Assembly: GCA_051866635.1 (NCBI GenBank)
Contig: JBJDXJ010000052.1
Location: forward strand, 14,744-78,743
Origin: Clostridia bacterium
GTDB taxonomy: Bacteria; Bacillota; Clostridia; UMGS1883
Direction of reading: 5' to 3'
Length of the DNA stretch: 64,000 nt
The notes under the pieces are model-generated. The model was not told the origin of the DNA. It searched no databases and worked only from the letters and a program-made list of their open reading frames with translations. Shown here in pieces: positions 35,796 to 46,262 of this stretch. The first letter of the stretch is position 1. Each line of letters opens with the position of its first letter. A program made the translations under genes and the position numbers.

Positions 35796-36782
35796 TTATT
35801 GTAATAAATCCTTTTTTGTAAGGAATTTGCCGGTTCCTCTTGCCACGGAGGAAATTGGGTCCTCAGAAATATTGACCTTTATGCCCGTAGCGGAAGAAAT
35901 GAGCTTATCAAAGCCGTAAAGCATACTACCGCCGCCCGTTAAAGTAATGCCTGAATCGGAAATATCACCTGCAAGCTCGGGAGGAGTTTTTTCCAAAACA
36001 TCACGTATTGCTTCGATAATGGCACTGACAGGTTCATTTAAAGCCTCCATAATTTCTTCAGATGAAACAAGCATACTTTGAGGCAAACCTGAAACAAGGC
36101 TTCTGCCTTTTATTTCGGTTGTAAGAGACTGGGGCCTTTCAGAAACGCATCCGATTTCCTTTTTTACAGATTCTGCGGTTTTTTCACCGATAATAATGGC
36201 AAACTTCTTTCGTACATACTTAATTATGGCATCGTCAAAACGGTCACCCGCAATTTTAAGTGAACTTGAAGATACAATACCGTTCATTGATATAACGGCA
36301 ATATCAGTTACACCGCCGCCTATGTTTATAACCATGCGACCCGAAGGACGTGAAATGTCAATGCCTTCACCGATTGCTGCGGCGATGGGGGAGGTGACAA
36401 TATGAACCTTTCCCGCACCGCTACGCATAAGTGCATCCTGTACGGCTCTCTTTTCAACCTCGGTTGCACCGCCGGGAACGGAAACGACAACTCTGGGCTT
36501 TATAATGTTTTTTGAACAAACCTTTTTTATAAACACAGAAAGCATTTCTTCTGTTGCTTTATAGTCAGCAATAACACCGTCACGCATGGGACGAACGGCA
36601 ACAATACCGACAGGTGTTCTGCCAAGCATTGTTTCGGATGCCTGACCTACGGCATGTATTTTTTTACTTGAACGGTAAATTGTAACTATAGACGGTTCTC
36701 GCAGGACGATACCTTTTTTGGTGGAAATAAGTACACTTGATGTTCCCAAATCAATACCGATTTCGTGAACATGGTTAAACAT
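35796..36782 (-). CDS. mreB: rod-shape-determining actin homolog MreB/Mbl family
   Basis: IGIDLGTSSVLIST N-terminus and actin-fold phosphate motifs. No mreC/mreD adjacent. Confidence 0.85.
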   Translation of the reverse strand: MFNHVHEIGIDLGTSSVLISTKKGIVLREPSIVTIYRSSKKIHAVGQASETMLGRTPVGIVAVRPMRDGVIADYKATEEMLSVFIKKVCSKNIIKPRVVVSVPGGATEVEKRAVQDALMRSGAGKVHIVTSPIAAAIGEGIDISRPSGRMVINIGGGVTDIAVISMNGIVSSSSLKIAGDRFDDAIIKYVRKKFAIIIGEKTAESVKKEIGCVSERPQSLTTEIKGRSLVSGLPQSMLVSSEEIMEALNEPVSAIIEAIRDVLEKTPPELAGDISDSGITLTGGGSMLYGFDKLISSATGIKVNISEDPISSVARGTGKFLTKKDLLQ

Positions 36783-36976
36783 ATTCTATCACCGTCCTTT
36801 TTATAAGATTTAGTCCTTAATAAATTTATAATATCAAAAAAATGCCAATAAATCAATGCCTTTTTTACATTATAGGAAAGAAATACTGTACAATTGTCAA
36901 TAATGGGTGACACTTTGTTCTATATTTTGCACCACTTGACAAAATATTATGTTTAGTGTAATATGTAAAAGAATAT

Positions 36977-38278
36977 TTGTATGTAAAGGATTTGATAGTT
37001 TTTATGGACAGTAACAGTAGCCTATGGATTGTACTTATTATTCTCATAGCAATATCTGCATATTTTTCTGCAAGTGAAACAGCATTCACTTCTTACAACC
37101 GTGCAAAAATGAAAAATCATGCACAAAACGGCAATAAGAAGGCAACTATATCATTGAAGTTATCTGATAACTTTGACAAACTTATATCAACACTTCTTAT
37201 AGGCAATAATATTGTTAATATTTCAGCGTCTACCATATCAACACTTGTTTTTGCAAACATTATTGATGACCCTGCTCTTTCAGCAACTGTTTCTACAGTT
37301 TTTATGACGCTTACGGTACTTATTTTCGGCGAAATCACTCCAAAATCTGTGGCAAAGCAGGCACCTGAAGCAGTTGCTATGTTTTCAGCCTCGGTTTTAA
37401 ATGCACTGAACATAATACTTTCTCCTTTAAGCTTTGTGTTTATTCATTGGCAAAAGTTAATAACCAAGATATTCAAGCTTGGCGAAGGTGATGTAATTAC
37501 CGAAGATGAGCTTCTTACAATTGTTGACGAAGCACAACAGGATGGCGGTATCAACAGTCAGGAAAGTGAGCTTATAAAGAACGCTATTGAGTTTAATGAT
37601 ATAGAAGTTGACGAAGTGCTTACGCCGCGTGTTGACGTTGTTGCCATTGACGTTGAGTGGGATAAGGAAAAAATAGCGGAAGTTTTTGATGAATCGGGGT
37701 TTTCAAGGCTTCCCGTGTATCAGGACACTATAGACAATATAATAGGCGTGTTGAATCACCGTGACTTTGTAACAGAGGAAAAGAACGAAATATTCAGAAT
37801 TGAAAACGCAATCAAACCCGTTAAGTTTATATTCTCAACTATGAAAATTTCAAAGCTTTTGAGATTACTGCAAAAAACACAATCTCACCTTGTTGTTGTA
37901 ACCGACGAATACGGCGGCACGGAAGGTATAGTAACTCTTGAAGATATAATTGAAGCATTAGTCGGTGAAATCTGGGATGAATATGACAATGTTTCAACAG
38001 AAGAATTTGAAAAAATTTCAGATAACGTATACAAAGTTAACGGTTCTGCATCTTTGGAGGACATGTTTGAGTTTTTCTCTATAGCCTTTGACGAAGAAGA
38101 AAATGACGATATTAATACTGTAGGCGGTTTTGTTACGGCACAGCTTGAAAAAATCCCGGATGTGGGTGATAGCTTTGAGTACGAACATTTAAAATTCACT
38201 GTAACATCTACCGATTCAGCCAGAGTTTTAAGCGTACTTGTAAAAGTTGGCGAACGGGAAAAGAAGGATGAAAATTAG
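36977..38278 (+). CDS. hemolysin-family CNNM/DUF21 + CBS pair + CorC_HlyC transporter-associated protein
   Basis: N-terminal 4-TM DUF21, tandem CBS and C-terminal CorC/HlyC domain. Start could be the ATG at 37004. Confidence 0.8.
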   Translation: MYVKDLIVFMDSNSSLWIVLIILIAISAYFSASETAFTSYNRAKMKNHAQNGNKKATISLKLSDNFDKLISTLLIGNNIVNISASTISTLVFANIIDDPALSATVSTVFMTLTVLIFGEITPKSVAKQAPEAVAMFSASVLNALNIILSPLSFVFIHWQKLITKIFKLGEGDVITEDELLTIVDEAQQDGGINSQESELIKNAIEFNDIEVDEVLTPRVDVVAIDVEWDKEKIAEVFDESGFSRLPVYQDTIDNIIGVLNHRDFVTEEKNEIFRIENAIKPVKFIFSTMKISKLLRLLQKTQSHLVVVTDEYGGTEGIVTLEDIIEALVGEIWDEYDNVSTEEFEKISDNVYKVNGSASLEDMFEFFSIAFDEEENDDINTVGGFVTAQLEKIPDVGDSFEYEHLKFTVTSTDSARVLSVLVKVGEREKKDEN

Positions 38279-38394
38279 TATAAATACAGAAAAGCGGCTT
38301 TCGGGTCGCTTTTTCTGATATAATAAAAAAATGTATTGATTTTTTATTATATTTATATTAAAATACACTAGATAGGTTTTACGACCACGAAAGG

Positions 38395-39597
38395 ATGATG
38401 ACAATGTACGTATCTAAGAAATTTTCTTCAATCAGCCCTTCCGCAACATTGGCTATTGACTCCAAGTTCAAGGCAATGAAGGCGGTAGGTATGGATGTTG
38501 TAGGTTTTGGTGCAGGAGAACCTGATTTTCCCACACCTCGTCATATTAAGGATGCAGCAATCCATGCTATTGAAAATAATATGACAACATACACACCCGC
38601 TTCCGGTACAGTTGATGTCAAGAAGGCTATATGCGAAAAGTTTCTGCGTGAGAACGGTTTGGAATACAATGTTGAGAACATTGTTGTATCCAACGGTGCA
38701 AAACATTCTTTAAACAATGCATTAGGCACAGTTCTTAATCCCGGCGACGAAGTTATTATACCTGCTCCATGTTGGGTAAGCTATCCCGAAATGGTTCTTC
38801 TTGCAGACGGTGTTCCCGTAATAGTTAATTCCACTGAAGAAGAGGGCTTCCTTCCTTCTCTGGAAAAAATTGAAAAAGCTATAACAGATAAAACGAGAGC
38901 TATTATCATAAACAATCCTTCTAACCCCACAGGTATGTGCTATCCTGAAGATGTTCTTCGTAAGATTGCAGATATCTGCGTTAAGAATAATATTTATATT
39001 ATCGCTGATGAAATTTACGAAAGCCTCGTTTATGACGGAAAAAAGAATTTTTCCATTGCAACAATAAGTGAAGAAGTTAAGGATATAACAATCGTTGTTA
39101 ACGGCGTTTCCAAGACTTATGCAATGACGGGATGGAGAATCGGTTACACAGCTTCCAATGCAAAGCTTGCAAAGATTATGGGCAATGTTCAGTCTCATGC
39201 AACATCTAACCCCAACTCTATAGCACAGTTTGCAACTGTTGCCGCACTTACAGGTACACAGGAACCTGTTGGAGAAATGAAGAGTGCATTTGAAGAACGC
39301 AGAAACCATATGGTTGAAAGAATGAACAGTATTGACGGTGTAAGTTGTATTATGCCAGACGGTGCTTTTTATGTTATGATGAACATTTCAAAGATTATCG
39401 GCAAGAAGATTGACGGCGTAGAAATTACAGGCAGTGATGTTTTTGCTGAAAAGTTCCTTGAAGTTGAAAAGGTTGCAGTAGTTCCCGGTAAGAGCTTCGG
39501 AACAGATATACACGTAAGATGGAGCTATGCTACAAGTATGGAAAATATAGACAAGGGTCTTGACAGACTTCAGTCTTTTATTTCAAAGCTTAACTAA
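38395..39597 (+). CDS. aspartate aminotransferase (class I/II PLP aminotransferase)
   Basis: INNPSNPTGMCY and SKTYAMTGWRIGY (PLP Lys) motifs. Start may be the ATG at 38404. Confidence 0.85.
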   Translation: MMTMYVSKKFSSISPSATLAIDSKFKAMKAVGMDVVGFGAGEPDFPTPRHIKDAAIHAIENNMTTYTPASGTVDVKKAICEKFLRENGLEYNVENIVVSNGAKHSLNNALGTVLNPGDEVIIPAPCWVSYPEMVLLADGVPVIVNSTEEEGFLPSLEKIEKAITDKTRAIIINNPSNPTGMCYPEDVLRKIADICVKNNIYIIADEIYESLVYDGKKNFSIATISEEVKDITIVVNGVSKTYAMTGWRIGYTASNAKLAKIMGNVQSHATSNPNSIAQFATVAALTGTQEPVGEMKSAFEERRNHMVERMNSIDGVSCIMPDGAFYVMMNISKIIGKKIDGVEITGSDVFAEKFLEVEKVAVVPGKSFGTDIHVRWSYATSMENIDKGLDRLQSFISKLN

Positions 39598-39621
39598 CAT
39601 ATAAAAGAAAGGGAGAGAAAA

Positions 39622-40422
39622 ATGAAATTAGGTGTCATAGGTGCAGGTAACATGTCTTCTGCTATTTTGCAAGGAGTTATTAAAGCAGGTGCCTTTAAAG
39701 TAGAAGATATATATGTAAGTGAAATTTTAGAAGATAAATTAGAGAAAGCCGCAAATTGGGGTGTTCATACAACGACATCTGCCCGTGAAGTTGTTGAAAA
39801 AAGCGATTACATTATGTTTGGTGTAAAGCCTAATGTGATCCTTAAGGTTATGGATGAAGTTAAAGACCTTGTTGCTGACAAAGTTGTTATTTCCATTGCG
39901 GCAGGCATAAGTGTTGAAAGCATGAAAAACGTACTTGGCAATGCGGCAAAAGTTGTAAGAACTATGCCCAATGTACCTGCCCTTGTAGGCGAAGGCATGA
40001 CAGCGGTATGTAAGACTAATGATGTAAGCGGACAGGAAATGCAGGTTGTGCTTGATATTTTCAATTCCATCGGCAAAACAGCCGTTTTACCTGAAACACT
40101 TATTAATACTGCTACAGCTACAAATGGTAGCGGACCGGCGTATGTGTTTATGATGATTGAAGCTATGGCAGATGCTGCAGTGCTTCACGGTATCCCTCGT
40201 GATACTGCATATCTTCTTGTTTCACAGACCATCTTAGGTGCCGCAAAACTTGCACAGGAAACAGGCACTCATCCGGGTCAGTTGAAGGATATGGTTTGTT
40301 CACCCGGTGGTACAGCTATTGAAGCGGTATATCAGCTTGAGCTGGACGGTTTCAGAGCATCTCTTATCAACGCTATTGACCGCTGTGTAAAGAAAGCTAA
40401 CAGTATGGGTGAAAAGAAGTAA
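39622..40422 (+). CDS. proC: pyrroline-5-carboxylate reductase
   Basis: MKLGVIGAGNMSSAI Rossmann fold and P5CR C-terminal dimerisation domain. Confidence 0.85.
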   Translation: MKLGVIGAGNMSSAILQGVIKAGAFKVEDIYVSEILEDKLEKAANWGVHTTTSAREVVEKSDYIMFGVKPNVILKVMDEVKDLVADKVVISIAAGISVESMKNVLGNAAKVVRTMPNVPALVGEGMTAVCKTNDVSGQEMQVVLDIFNSIGKTAVLPETLINTATATNGSGPAYVFMMIEAMADAAVLHGIPRDTAYLLVSQTILGAAKLAQETGTHPGQLKDMVCSPGGTAIEAVYQLELDGFRASLINAIDRCVKKANSMGEKK

Positions 40423-40493
40423 TAAGGAACAAGCATTCATAAATCCCCCTTTTTAATCATAGATTTAACTATGGATTAAACGGGGGGATTTTT

Positions 40494-41036
40494 TTGCGGA
40501 TAACTGATGCAAGACGGGATAGAAATTCAATTCTTTTAATTTTGGCATTTGTGTTTACAACGGGAGTGGTGTTGGGTTCGGTTGCTTTTCTTTGTATGGA
40601 TAAAGACATTTTAAATGCGATAAATGTGGGGATAAACACAAATTTTCACGACACTGATTTTATGACGACATATAAAGAGAGCTTCATGGTGGAAATTCTT
40701 TGGGCAGGACTGGCTTTTTTGATTGGACAGATTGGTTTTTTAGTGCCTTTATCATCATCGGTGTTGGCAGTACGTGGTTTTGTGCTAGGGTTTACGGTTT
40801 CCTTTGTTTTTGCCACGAGCGATAATTGTTTTAAAATACTTCTTAAAACCATCGTTCCCCAGTGTCTTTTTGGAATACCGCTGTTGACTTTTATTACCGT
40901 TTTTAACATTTTATGTTTTTTGGAAAATAAAAGAGGAAAAAGTACATACTGGAGCTGTGTTTGGCTAAGTGCTGTTACTTTTTTCGGGGCGGCACTTGTC
41001 GCCCTTGCCCAGACGGCAGCAACAAGGTTTTTATAA
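40494..41036 (+). CDS. spoIIM: stage II sporulation protein M-like (DUF95) membrane protein
   Basis: ~180-aa protein with 4-5 TM helices, at the conserved position upstream of xerD. Start codon uncertain: TTG at 40494 overlaps the upstream terminator. Confidence 0.45.
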   Translation: MRITDARRDRNSILLILAFVFTTGVVLGSVAFLCMDKDILNAINVGINTNFHDTDFMTTYKESFMVEILWAGLAFLIGQIGFLVPLSSSVLAVRGFVLGFTVSFVFATSDNCFKILLKTIVPQCLFGIPLLTFITVFNILCFLENKRGKSTYWSCVWLSAVTFFGAALVALAQTAATRFL

Positions 41037-41130
41037 AAAATAAATAAAATGAAAAGCTTAATTTTTGTTATTTTGCCGATGTACTTTTTTAATTGTTTGG
41101 TGTAGAATTACTAAGTAGGAGGTGACAGAA

Positions 41131-42009
41131 GTGAAAGCATTTTTAAAGGAATATGAAAGCTTTTTAAAAGAAACATTGTCTGAGAATACAGTCTCTTCGT
41201 ATATGGGAGATATTTACAAATTTACAAGTGAAATGAATCTTAAAAAACCAAAAGAACTTTCTAAAGTTACAAAAACACAGCTTGAAGAATATATCATTCT
41301 TTTAAAAAGTCGTGGCAATGCCTATTCTTCAATATCAAGGACGATAGCTTCTCTTAAAAAATTTTATGGCTATTGCGTGGATAGAGGGATTGTTCACGAT
41401 AATATTGCCTTTAATATGGAAACACCAAAACAAAAAAGGAAGCTTCCGGACACGTTGTCTATGGGGGATGTTGAAAAGCTTCTGAACTCACCTAAGGGAG
41501 ACAGTGTAAAAGGTATGCGTGATAAGGCAATGCTTGAGGTTATGTATGCAACAGGTGCCAGAGTCAGCGAACTGATAAGCCTTAAGGTAAGCGATGTCAG
41601 CTTGAAAAACGAAATGGTAATGCTGTCTTCAGGAAAAAATCACAGATTTGTTCCGATAGGAAAGATTGCATCAAATGCTGTTGTTGATTATTTGCGTTTC
41701 TCCCGAAAAGAAATTCATCATTCAAATGAAAGCGATGTTCTGTTTCTGAACTTTTACGGTAACCCTCTTACAAGACAGGGGTTCTGGAAAATTGTGAAAT
41801 ATTATATAAATAAATCAGGTATAAAAGGAAACATTACTCCACAAACCTTAAGGCACAGTTTTGCACTTCACCTTCTGACAAACGGAGCTGATATGGATTC
41901 TGTCTCAGAAATGCTCGGATACAGTGACAGTACATCAGCTAAGATTTATATTGAGGTTATGAATAACAAAATTAAAGAGGTGTATCGTAAAGCACACCCA
42001 AGGGCATAA
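41131..42009 (+). CDS. xerD: site-specific tyrosine recombinase XerD/XerC family
   Basis: Phage-integrase SAM-like N-terminal domain and catalytic R...HSFA.HLL..G.D...LGYSD...IY C-terminus. GTG 41131 is 9 nt after the AGGAGG RBS. Confidence 0.8.
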   Translation: MKAFLKEYESFLKETLSENTVSSYMGDIYKFTSEMNLKKPKELSKVTKTQLEEYIILLKSRGNAYSSISRTIASLKKFYGYCVDRGIVHDNIAFNMETPKQKRKLPDTLSMGDVEKLLNSPKGDSVKGMRDKAMLEVMYATGARVSELISLKVSDVSLKNEMVMLSSGKNHRFVPIGKIASNAVVDYLRFSRKEIHHSNESDVLFLNFYGNPLTRQGFWKIVKYYINKSGIKGNITPQTLRHSFALHLLTNGADMDSVSEMLGYSDSTSAKIYIEVMNNKIKEVYRKAHPRA

Positions 42010-42098
42010 AATCCGCACTGTTGCGGATTTTTTGTATTTTGTAGACATATGGGATTAAGTGTGATACAATATACACAGTACATTTCAAGGAGATAGTT

Positions 42099-43307
42099 AT
42101 GCGTACAATTTTACATTGTGATTGTAATTCTTTTTTTGCATCAGTGGAAAGTATGTACAATCCCGAGTTAAAAAATATACCTATGGCTGTGGGCGGCAGT
42201 GAAGAAAGCCGTAAAGGTATCATACTGGCGAAAAACGAAGCCGCAAAGAAATACGGCGTAGTTACGGCAGAGACTATATGGTCTGCCAAGAAAAAATGCC
42301 CTCAGCTTGTGGTGGTTAGCCCACATTACGACAGATATGTTGCCGTTTCCGAAAAGGTTAATGAAATATATAAAGAATACAGCGAGTTTGTAGAGCCTTT
42401 TGGCATTGATGAATCATGGATTGATGTAACTGATGTAAAGGAGCTTTTCGGCGATGGAAAAACAATAGCAGATACTATACGAAAAAGGGTACGGGAAGAA
42501 ATTGGCATAACTGTTTCTGTGGGGGTAAGCTTTACAAAGTCTTTCGCAAAATTAGGCAGTGACTATAAAAAGCCCGATGCCACCACTGTTATAGATCGTG
42601 ATGATGTTGAAACAATTGTATACCCGCAGAATTTAAACTGCCTTCTTTTTGCAGGGGAGAAAATATGTGCAGAATTTAATAAGTACGGTATTGTAACGAT
42701 AGGTGATCTTGCACGGTGCGATAAAAGTTTTATCGAAAAGCACTTTGGTAAAAACGGGATGCTTTTGTATAATTATGCAAAGGGAAACGATGAAGATAAG
42801 GTACATAGTGTATACGACAAGGAAGAAATAAAATCCGTTGGCAATTCCTACACTTTTCCATATGATTTGACAGATAAAGATGATATAAGTCATGCTTTTA
42901 CATGGCTTAGCGATGTTGTTTCAGGCAGAATGAGGAAATTGAAAGTAAGATGCAGTGTGGTTGGTATTACAATTAAGGATGAAAACTTTAAAACCATAAA
43001 TAGACAGATGACAATTTCCAATCCCACAAATCACAGAAAGGATTTGAAAAAGTATGCTATGGACTTATTTTTAGAGGTGTGGAAAGGCAATAACGGGATA
43101 AGGCTTTTGGGAATAACAGGGTCTAATTTAATCCGTGATGGGGAAGAACAAACGTCACTTTTTAGCTTTGGCGAAGATGAAAAGAAAGAAAAACTTGAGA
43201 CAGCTATTGATTCGATACGTGAAAAATTCGGTACAAATGCTGTGAAAATAGCATCAAGTGACAAATTTAACTCAAAATATGCTTCCGATGATAAAGAAAA
43301 CAACTAA
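42099..43307 (+). CDS. dinB: DNA polymerase IV (Y-family)
   Basis: HCDCNSFFASVE N-terminus (catalytic Asp/Asp). Length ~400 aa. Confidence 0.85.
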   Translation: MRTILHCDCNSFFASVESMYNPELKNIPMAVGGSEESRKGIILAKNEAAKKYGVVTAETIWSAKKKCPQLVVVSPHYDRYVAVSEKVNEIYKEYSEFVEPFGIDESWIDVTDVKELFGDGKTIADTIRKRVREEIGITVSVGVSFTKSFAKLGSDYKKPDATTVIDRDDVETIVYPQNLNCLLFAGEKICAEFNKYGIVTIGDLARCDKSFIEKHFGKNGMLLYNYAKGNDEDKVHSVYDKEEIKSVGNSYTFPYDLTDKDDISHAFTWLSDVVSGRMRKLKVRCSVVGITIKDENFKTINRQMTISNPTNHRKDLKKYAMDLFLEVWKGNNGIRLLGITGSNLIRDGEEQTSLFSFGEDEKKEKLETAIDSIREKFGTNAVKIASSDKFNSKYASDDKENN

Positions 43308-43323
43308 ACTTAGTGGATTGCTA

Positions 43324-43353
43324 TTGACATAAAACACCTATTTTTGATAAAAT
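43324..43353 (+). promoter_or_regulatory. promoter TTGACA-N17/18-(A)TAAAAT upstream of the pur genes
   Basis: Consensus -35 hexamer. The 82-nt gap is too short for a purine riboswitch. Confidence 0.5.
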
Positions 43354-43388
43354 AAGATGAATATTTTTAAAAGAAATGAGGACTTGGT

Positions 43389-43892
43389 ATGAAGACTCCT
43401 AAAGTAGCCCTTATAATGGGTAGCGACTCTGACTTTGAAGCAGTTAAGCCTTGTATAAAAAGACTTAAAAGTTTCGGCATTGAAACAGTTGTGCGTGTTT
43501 TATCAGCACACAGAACACCTGAGGAATCTAAAGAATTTGCTACAAATGCAGAGGCAAACGGTTTTGACTGCATTATTGCGGCGGCAGGAAAGGCTGCACA
43601 TCTTCCCGGTGTGCTTGCGGCATTTACAACGCTTCCGGTAATAGGTATTCCGATTAAGTCCTCCACTATGGACGGGATGGATTCTTTATTTTCAATCGTT
43701 CAGATGCCTCCGGGAATTCCCGTGGCAACAGTTGCAATTAACGGTAGCGATAATGCCGCTATACTTGCGTGCCAAATTCTTTCTCTCCGATATGAAGAAT
43801 TAGGCGAGAAATTAAAGGAATTAAAAGTCCAAATGCGTGCAAAGGTTCTGGAAAAGGATGCAAAAATTCAGGCTCTTGCCGATGAGATATAA
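43389..43892 (+). CDS. purE: N5-carboxyaminoimidazole ribonucleotide mutase
   Basis: VALIMGSDSD...GIPIKSS PurE motifs. Confidence 0.9.
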   Translation: MKTPKVALIMGSDSDFEAVKPCIKRLKSFGIETVVRVLSAHRTPEESKEFATNAEANGFDCIIAAAGKAAHLPGVLAAFTTLPVIGIPIKSSTMDGMDSLFSIVQMPPGIPVATVAINGSDNAAILACQILSLRYEELGEKLKELKVQMRAKVLEKDAKIQALADEI

Positions 43893-43910
43893 AAGAGAGG
43901 AAAGATTAAG

Positions 43911-44942
43911 ATGAGTGAAAGTTATAAGAATGCCGGCGTTGACGTTGAAGCCGGTTATGAAGCTGTCAGATTGATGAAGGCTGATGTTAAGAAAACATTT
44001 ATTGATGGTGTTATGGGCGATATAGGTGGTTTTGGCGGATTGTTCTCCCTTAACAAGGATGAATATGAAGAACCTGTTTTGGTGTCCGGTACAGACGGTG
44101 TAGGAACAAAGCTTCGCCTTGCTTTTATTGCTGACAAGCACGACACTGTTGGTATTGATGCTGTTGCAATGTGCGTTAATGACGTTGTATGTAGCGGTGC
44201 TAAGCCTCTTTTCTTCCTTGACTATGTTGCAGTAGGTAAAAATGTGCCCGAAAAGGTTGCAACAATTGTAAAGGGTGTAGCTGACGGCTGTGTTCAGGCA
44301 GGCTGTGCTCTTGTAGGCGGTGAAACTGCGGAAATGCCCGGTTTTTACCCTGTTGATGAATATGACATTGCAGGCTTTACTGTAGGTATTGTTGACAAAA
44401 AGAAGATTATCGACGGCAGTAAGCTCACTGAAGGTGATGCACTTATAGGCATTGCATCTTCAGGTGTTCATTCAAACGGTTTTTCTCTTGTAAGAAAGGT
44501 TTTTGATATAACAGAGGGCAACGAAAAACTCAATGAATATGTTGATTCTTTAGGCGATACACTTCTTAACACACTGCTTACACCTACAAAGATTTACGTT
44601 AAGAGTGCGTTGAAACTTATTGAAGAATGTGATGTAAAGGCAATTTCTCACATTACAGGCGGTGGCTTCTATGAAAACATTCCCAGGATGTTAACAGGTG
44701 GCTTTAAGGCAGTTATAAAGAAGGACTCCTTTGAAATTCTTCCTATATTCAAGCTTTTACAGGAAACAGGAAATATCCCCGAAAGAGATATGTTCAACAC
44801 ATTTAACATGGGTATCGGTATGATTGCCGCTGTTTCTAAAGAAGACGCACAAAAGGCTGTTGATGTTCTTACTGCCATGGGCGAAAAGGCATACATCATA
44901 GGAGAAGTTAAAAAAGGCGAAAACGGAGTAGAACTTATATGA
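43911..44942 (+). CDS. purM: phosphoribosylformylglycinamidine cyclo-ligase (AIR synthase)
   Basis: [12 protein letters not shown]-terminus and AIRS/AIRS_C domains. Confidence 0.9.
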   Translation: MSESYKNAGVDVEAGYEAVRLMKADVKKTFIDGVMGDIGGFGGLFSLNKDEYEEPVLVSGTDGVGTKLRLAFIADKHDTVGIDAVAMCVNDVVCSGAKPLFFLDYVAVGKNVPEKVATIVKGVADGCVQAGCALVGGETAEMPGFYPVDEYDIAGFTVGIVDKKKIIDGSKLTEGDALIGIASSGVHSNGFSLVRKVFDITEGNEKLNEYVDSLGDTLLNTLLTPTKIYVKSALKLIEECDVKAISHITGGGFYENIPRMLTGGFKAVIKKDSFEILPIFKLLQETGNIPERDMFNTFNMGIGMIAAVSKEDAQKAVDVLTAMGEKAYIIGEVKKGENGVELI

Positions 44943-45529
44943 AAAGAATAGGTGTACTTGTATCAGGCGGTGGTACAAATCTCCAGGCGATTATTGACGC
45001 TTGTGAAAACGGCACTATTAAATCCGGAAAGGTTGTTACCGTTGTTTCAAATAAAAAGGATGTATACGCCTTAGAAAGGGCAAAAAATGCGGGCATTGAG
45101 GGCGTGGTTATAGAAAAGAAATCCTTTGATTCTTTAGCTGAATTTGATAAGGCTCTGTGCGACCACATGAAATCAAGGAATGTTGACCTTATTGTTATGG
45201 CAGGCTTTTTATGCATAGTAGGGGATAAGTTTATAGGGGAGTTTGAAAACAGAATTATAAACATTCATCCTTCACTTATTCCTTCTTTCTGCGGTGCAGG
45301 CTTTTACGGATTAAAGGTTCATGAAGCGGCATTAAACTACGGTGTAAAGGTGTCAGGTGCCACTGTACACTATGTAACAGGCGTTGTTGACGGTGGTAAG
45401 ATTATTAAGCAAAAGGCTGTATATGTTCAAGAGGGTGATACCCCCGAAACACTTCAGAAACGTATTATGGAAGAAGCAGAGTGGAAAATTCTTCCCGAGG
45501 CAATTGAAGAAATTTGTGCATCAATATAA
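44939..45529 (+). CDS. purN: phosphoribosylglycinamide formyltransferase
   Basis: [20 protein letters not shown] and NIHPSLIP motifs. Confidence 0.9.
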   Translation: MKRIGVLVSGGGTNLQAIIDACENGTIKSGKVVTVVSNKKDVYALERAKNAGIEGVVIEKKSFDSLAEFDKALCDHMKSRNVDLIVMAGFLCIVGDKFIGEFENRIINIHPSLIPSFCGAGFYGLKVHEAALNYGVKVSGATVHYVTGVVDGGKIIKQKAVYVQEGDTPETLQKRIMEEAEWKILPEAIEEICASI

Positions 45530-45546
45530 AAGAAAGGACAGTTGAA

Positions 45547-46251
45547 ATGATACTTTCAGAAGAACTTAAAAATAATTCGTACCCGGGACGAGGTATTGTA
45601 ATAGGTAAAAGTGCATGCGGTAAGTATGCGGTTACGGCATATTTTATAATGGGCAGAAGCGAAAACAGCAGAAACAGGGTTTTTGTAGAAGATGGAGAAG
45701 GCATAAGAACAGAAGCCTTTGACCCTTCCAAGCTTACAGACCCACATTTGATTATTTATGCTCCTGTAAGGGTTTTGGGCAACAAAACCATAGTGACAAA
45801 CGGTGACCAGACTGATACAATCTATGAACTTATGGATCAGCAGTTGACATTTGAACAGGCACTTCGTACACGTGAATTTGAAGATGATGCCCCCAACTAC
45901 ACACCAAGAATTTCAGGCATATTAAAAGTGGAAAACGGAAATTACAGCTATGCAATGAGTATTCTTAAAAGTAATAACGGCAACCCAAAGTCATGCCAAA
46001 GATTTACATTCTCTTATAAAAATCCCGTAAACGGTGAAGGTCACTTTATTCACACATATATGGGCGACGGAAGTCCCCTTCCTTCTTTTAAGGGCGAGCC
46101 TAAGGATGTTGTTATAAATGAGGACATTGACTCTTTTACAAACACAATCTGGAATTCTTTAAACGAAGAAAATAAGGTGTCTCTCTTTGTGCGTTACATA
46201 AATATTAACGACGGAACATATGAAACACGTATTATAAACAAAAATAAGTAA
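45547..46251 (+). CDS. purO: IMP cyclohydrolase, archaeal PurO type
   Basis: YPGRGIVIGKS...RSENSRNR, TNGDQTDTI and YTPRISGIL blocks parallel the PurO family. Sits between purN and the AICARFT gene. Confidence 0.65.
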   Translation: MILSEELKNNSYPGRGIVIGKSACGKYAVTAYFIMGRSENSRNRVFVEDGEGIRTEAFDPSKLTDPHLIIYAPVRVLGNKTIVTNGDQTDTIYELMDQQLTFEQALRTREFEDDAPNYTPRISGILKVENGNYSYAMSILKSNNGNPKSCQRFTFSYKNPVNGEGHFIHTYMGDGSPLPSFKGEPKDVVINEDIDSFTNTIWNSLNEENKVSLFVRYININDGTYETRIINKNK

Positions 46252-46262
46252 GGAGAAAGAAC

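Noticed and set aside
40494-40496. TTG start of the spoIIM-like ORF
   Set aside because: It overlaps the upstream terminator hairpin and U-run. The true start is probably an internal codon just before the first TM helix. It cannot be fixed from sequence alone, so the ORF-track coordinates were kept with reduced confidence.
43308-43388. Purine riboswitch or PurR box upstream of purE
   Set aside because: The gap is only ~80 nt and is occupied by a promoter. No guanine-aptamer-like or PurBox sequence is visible.
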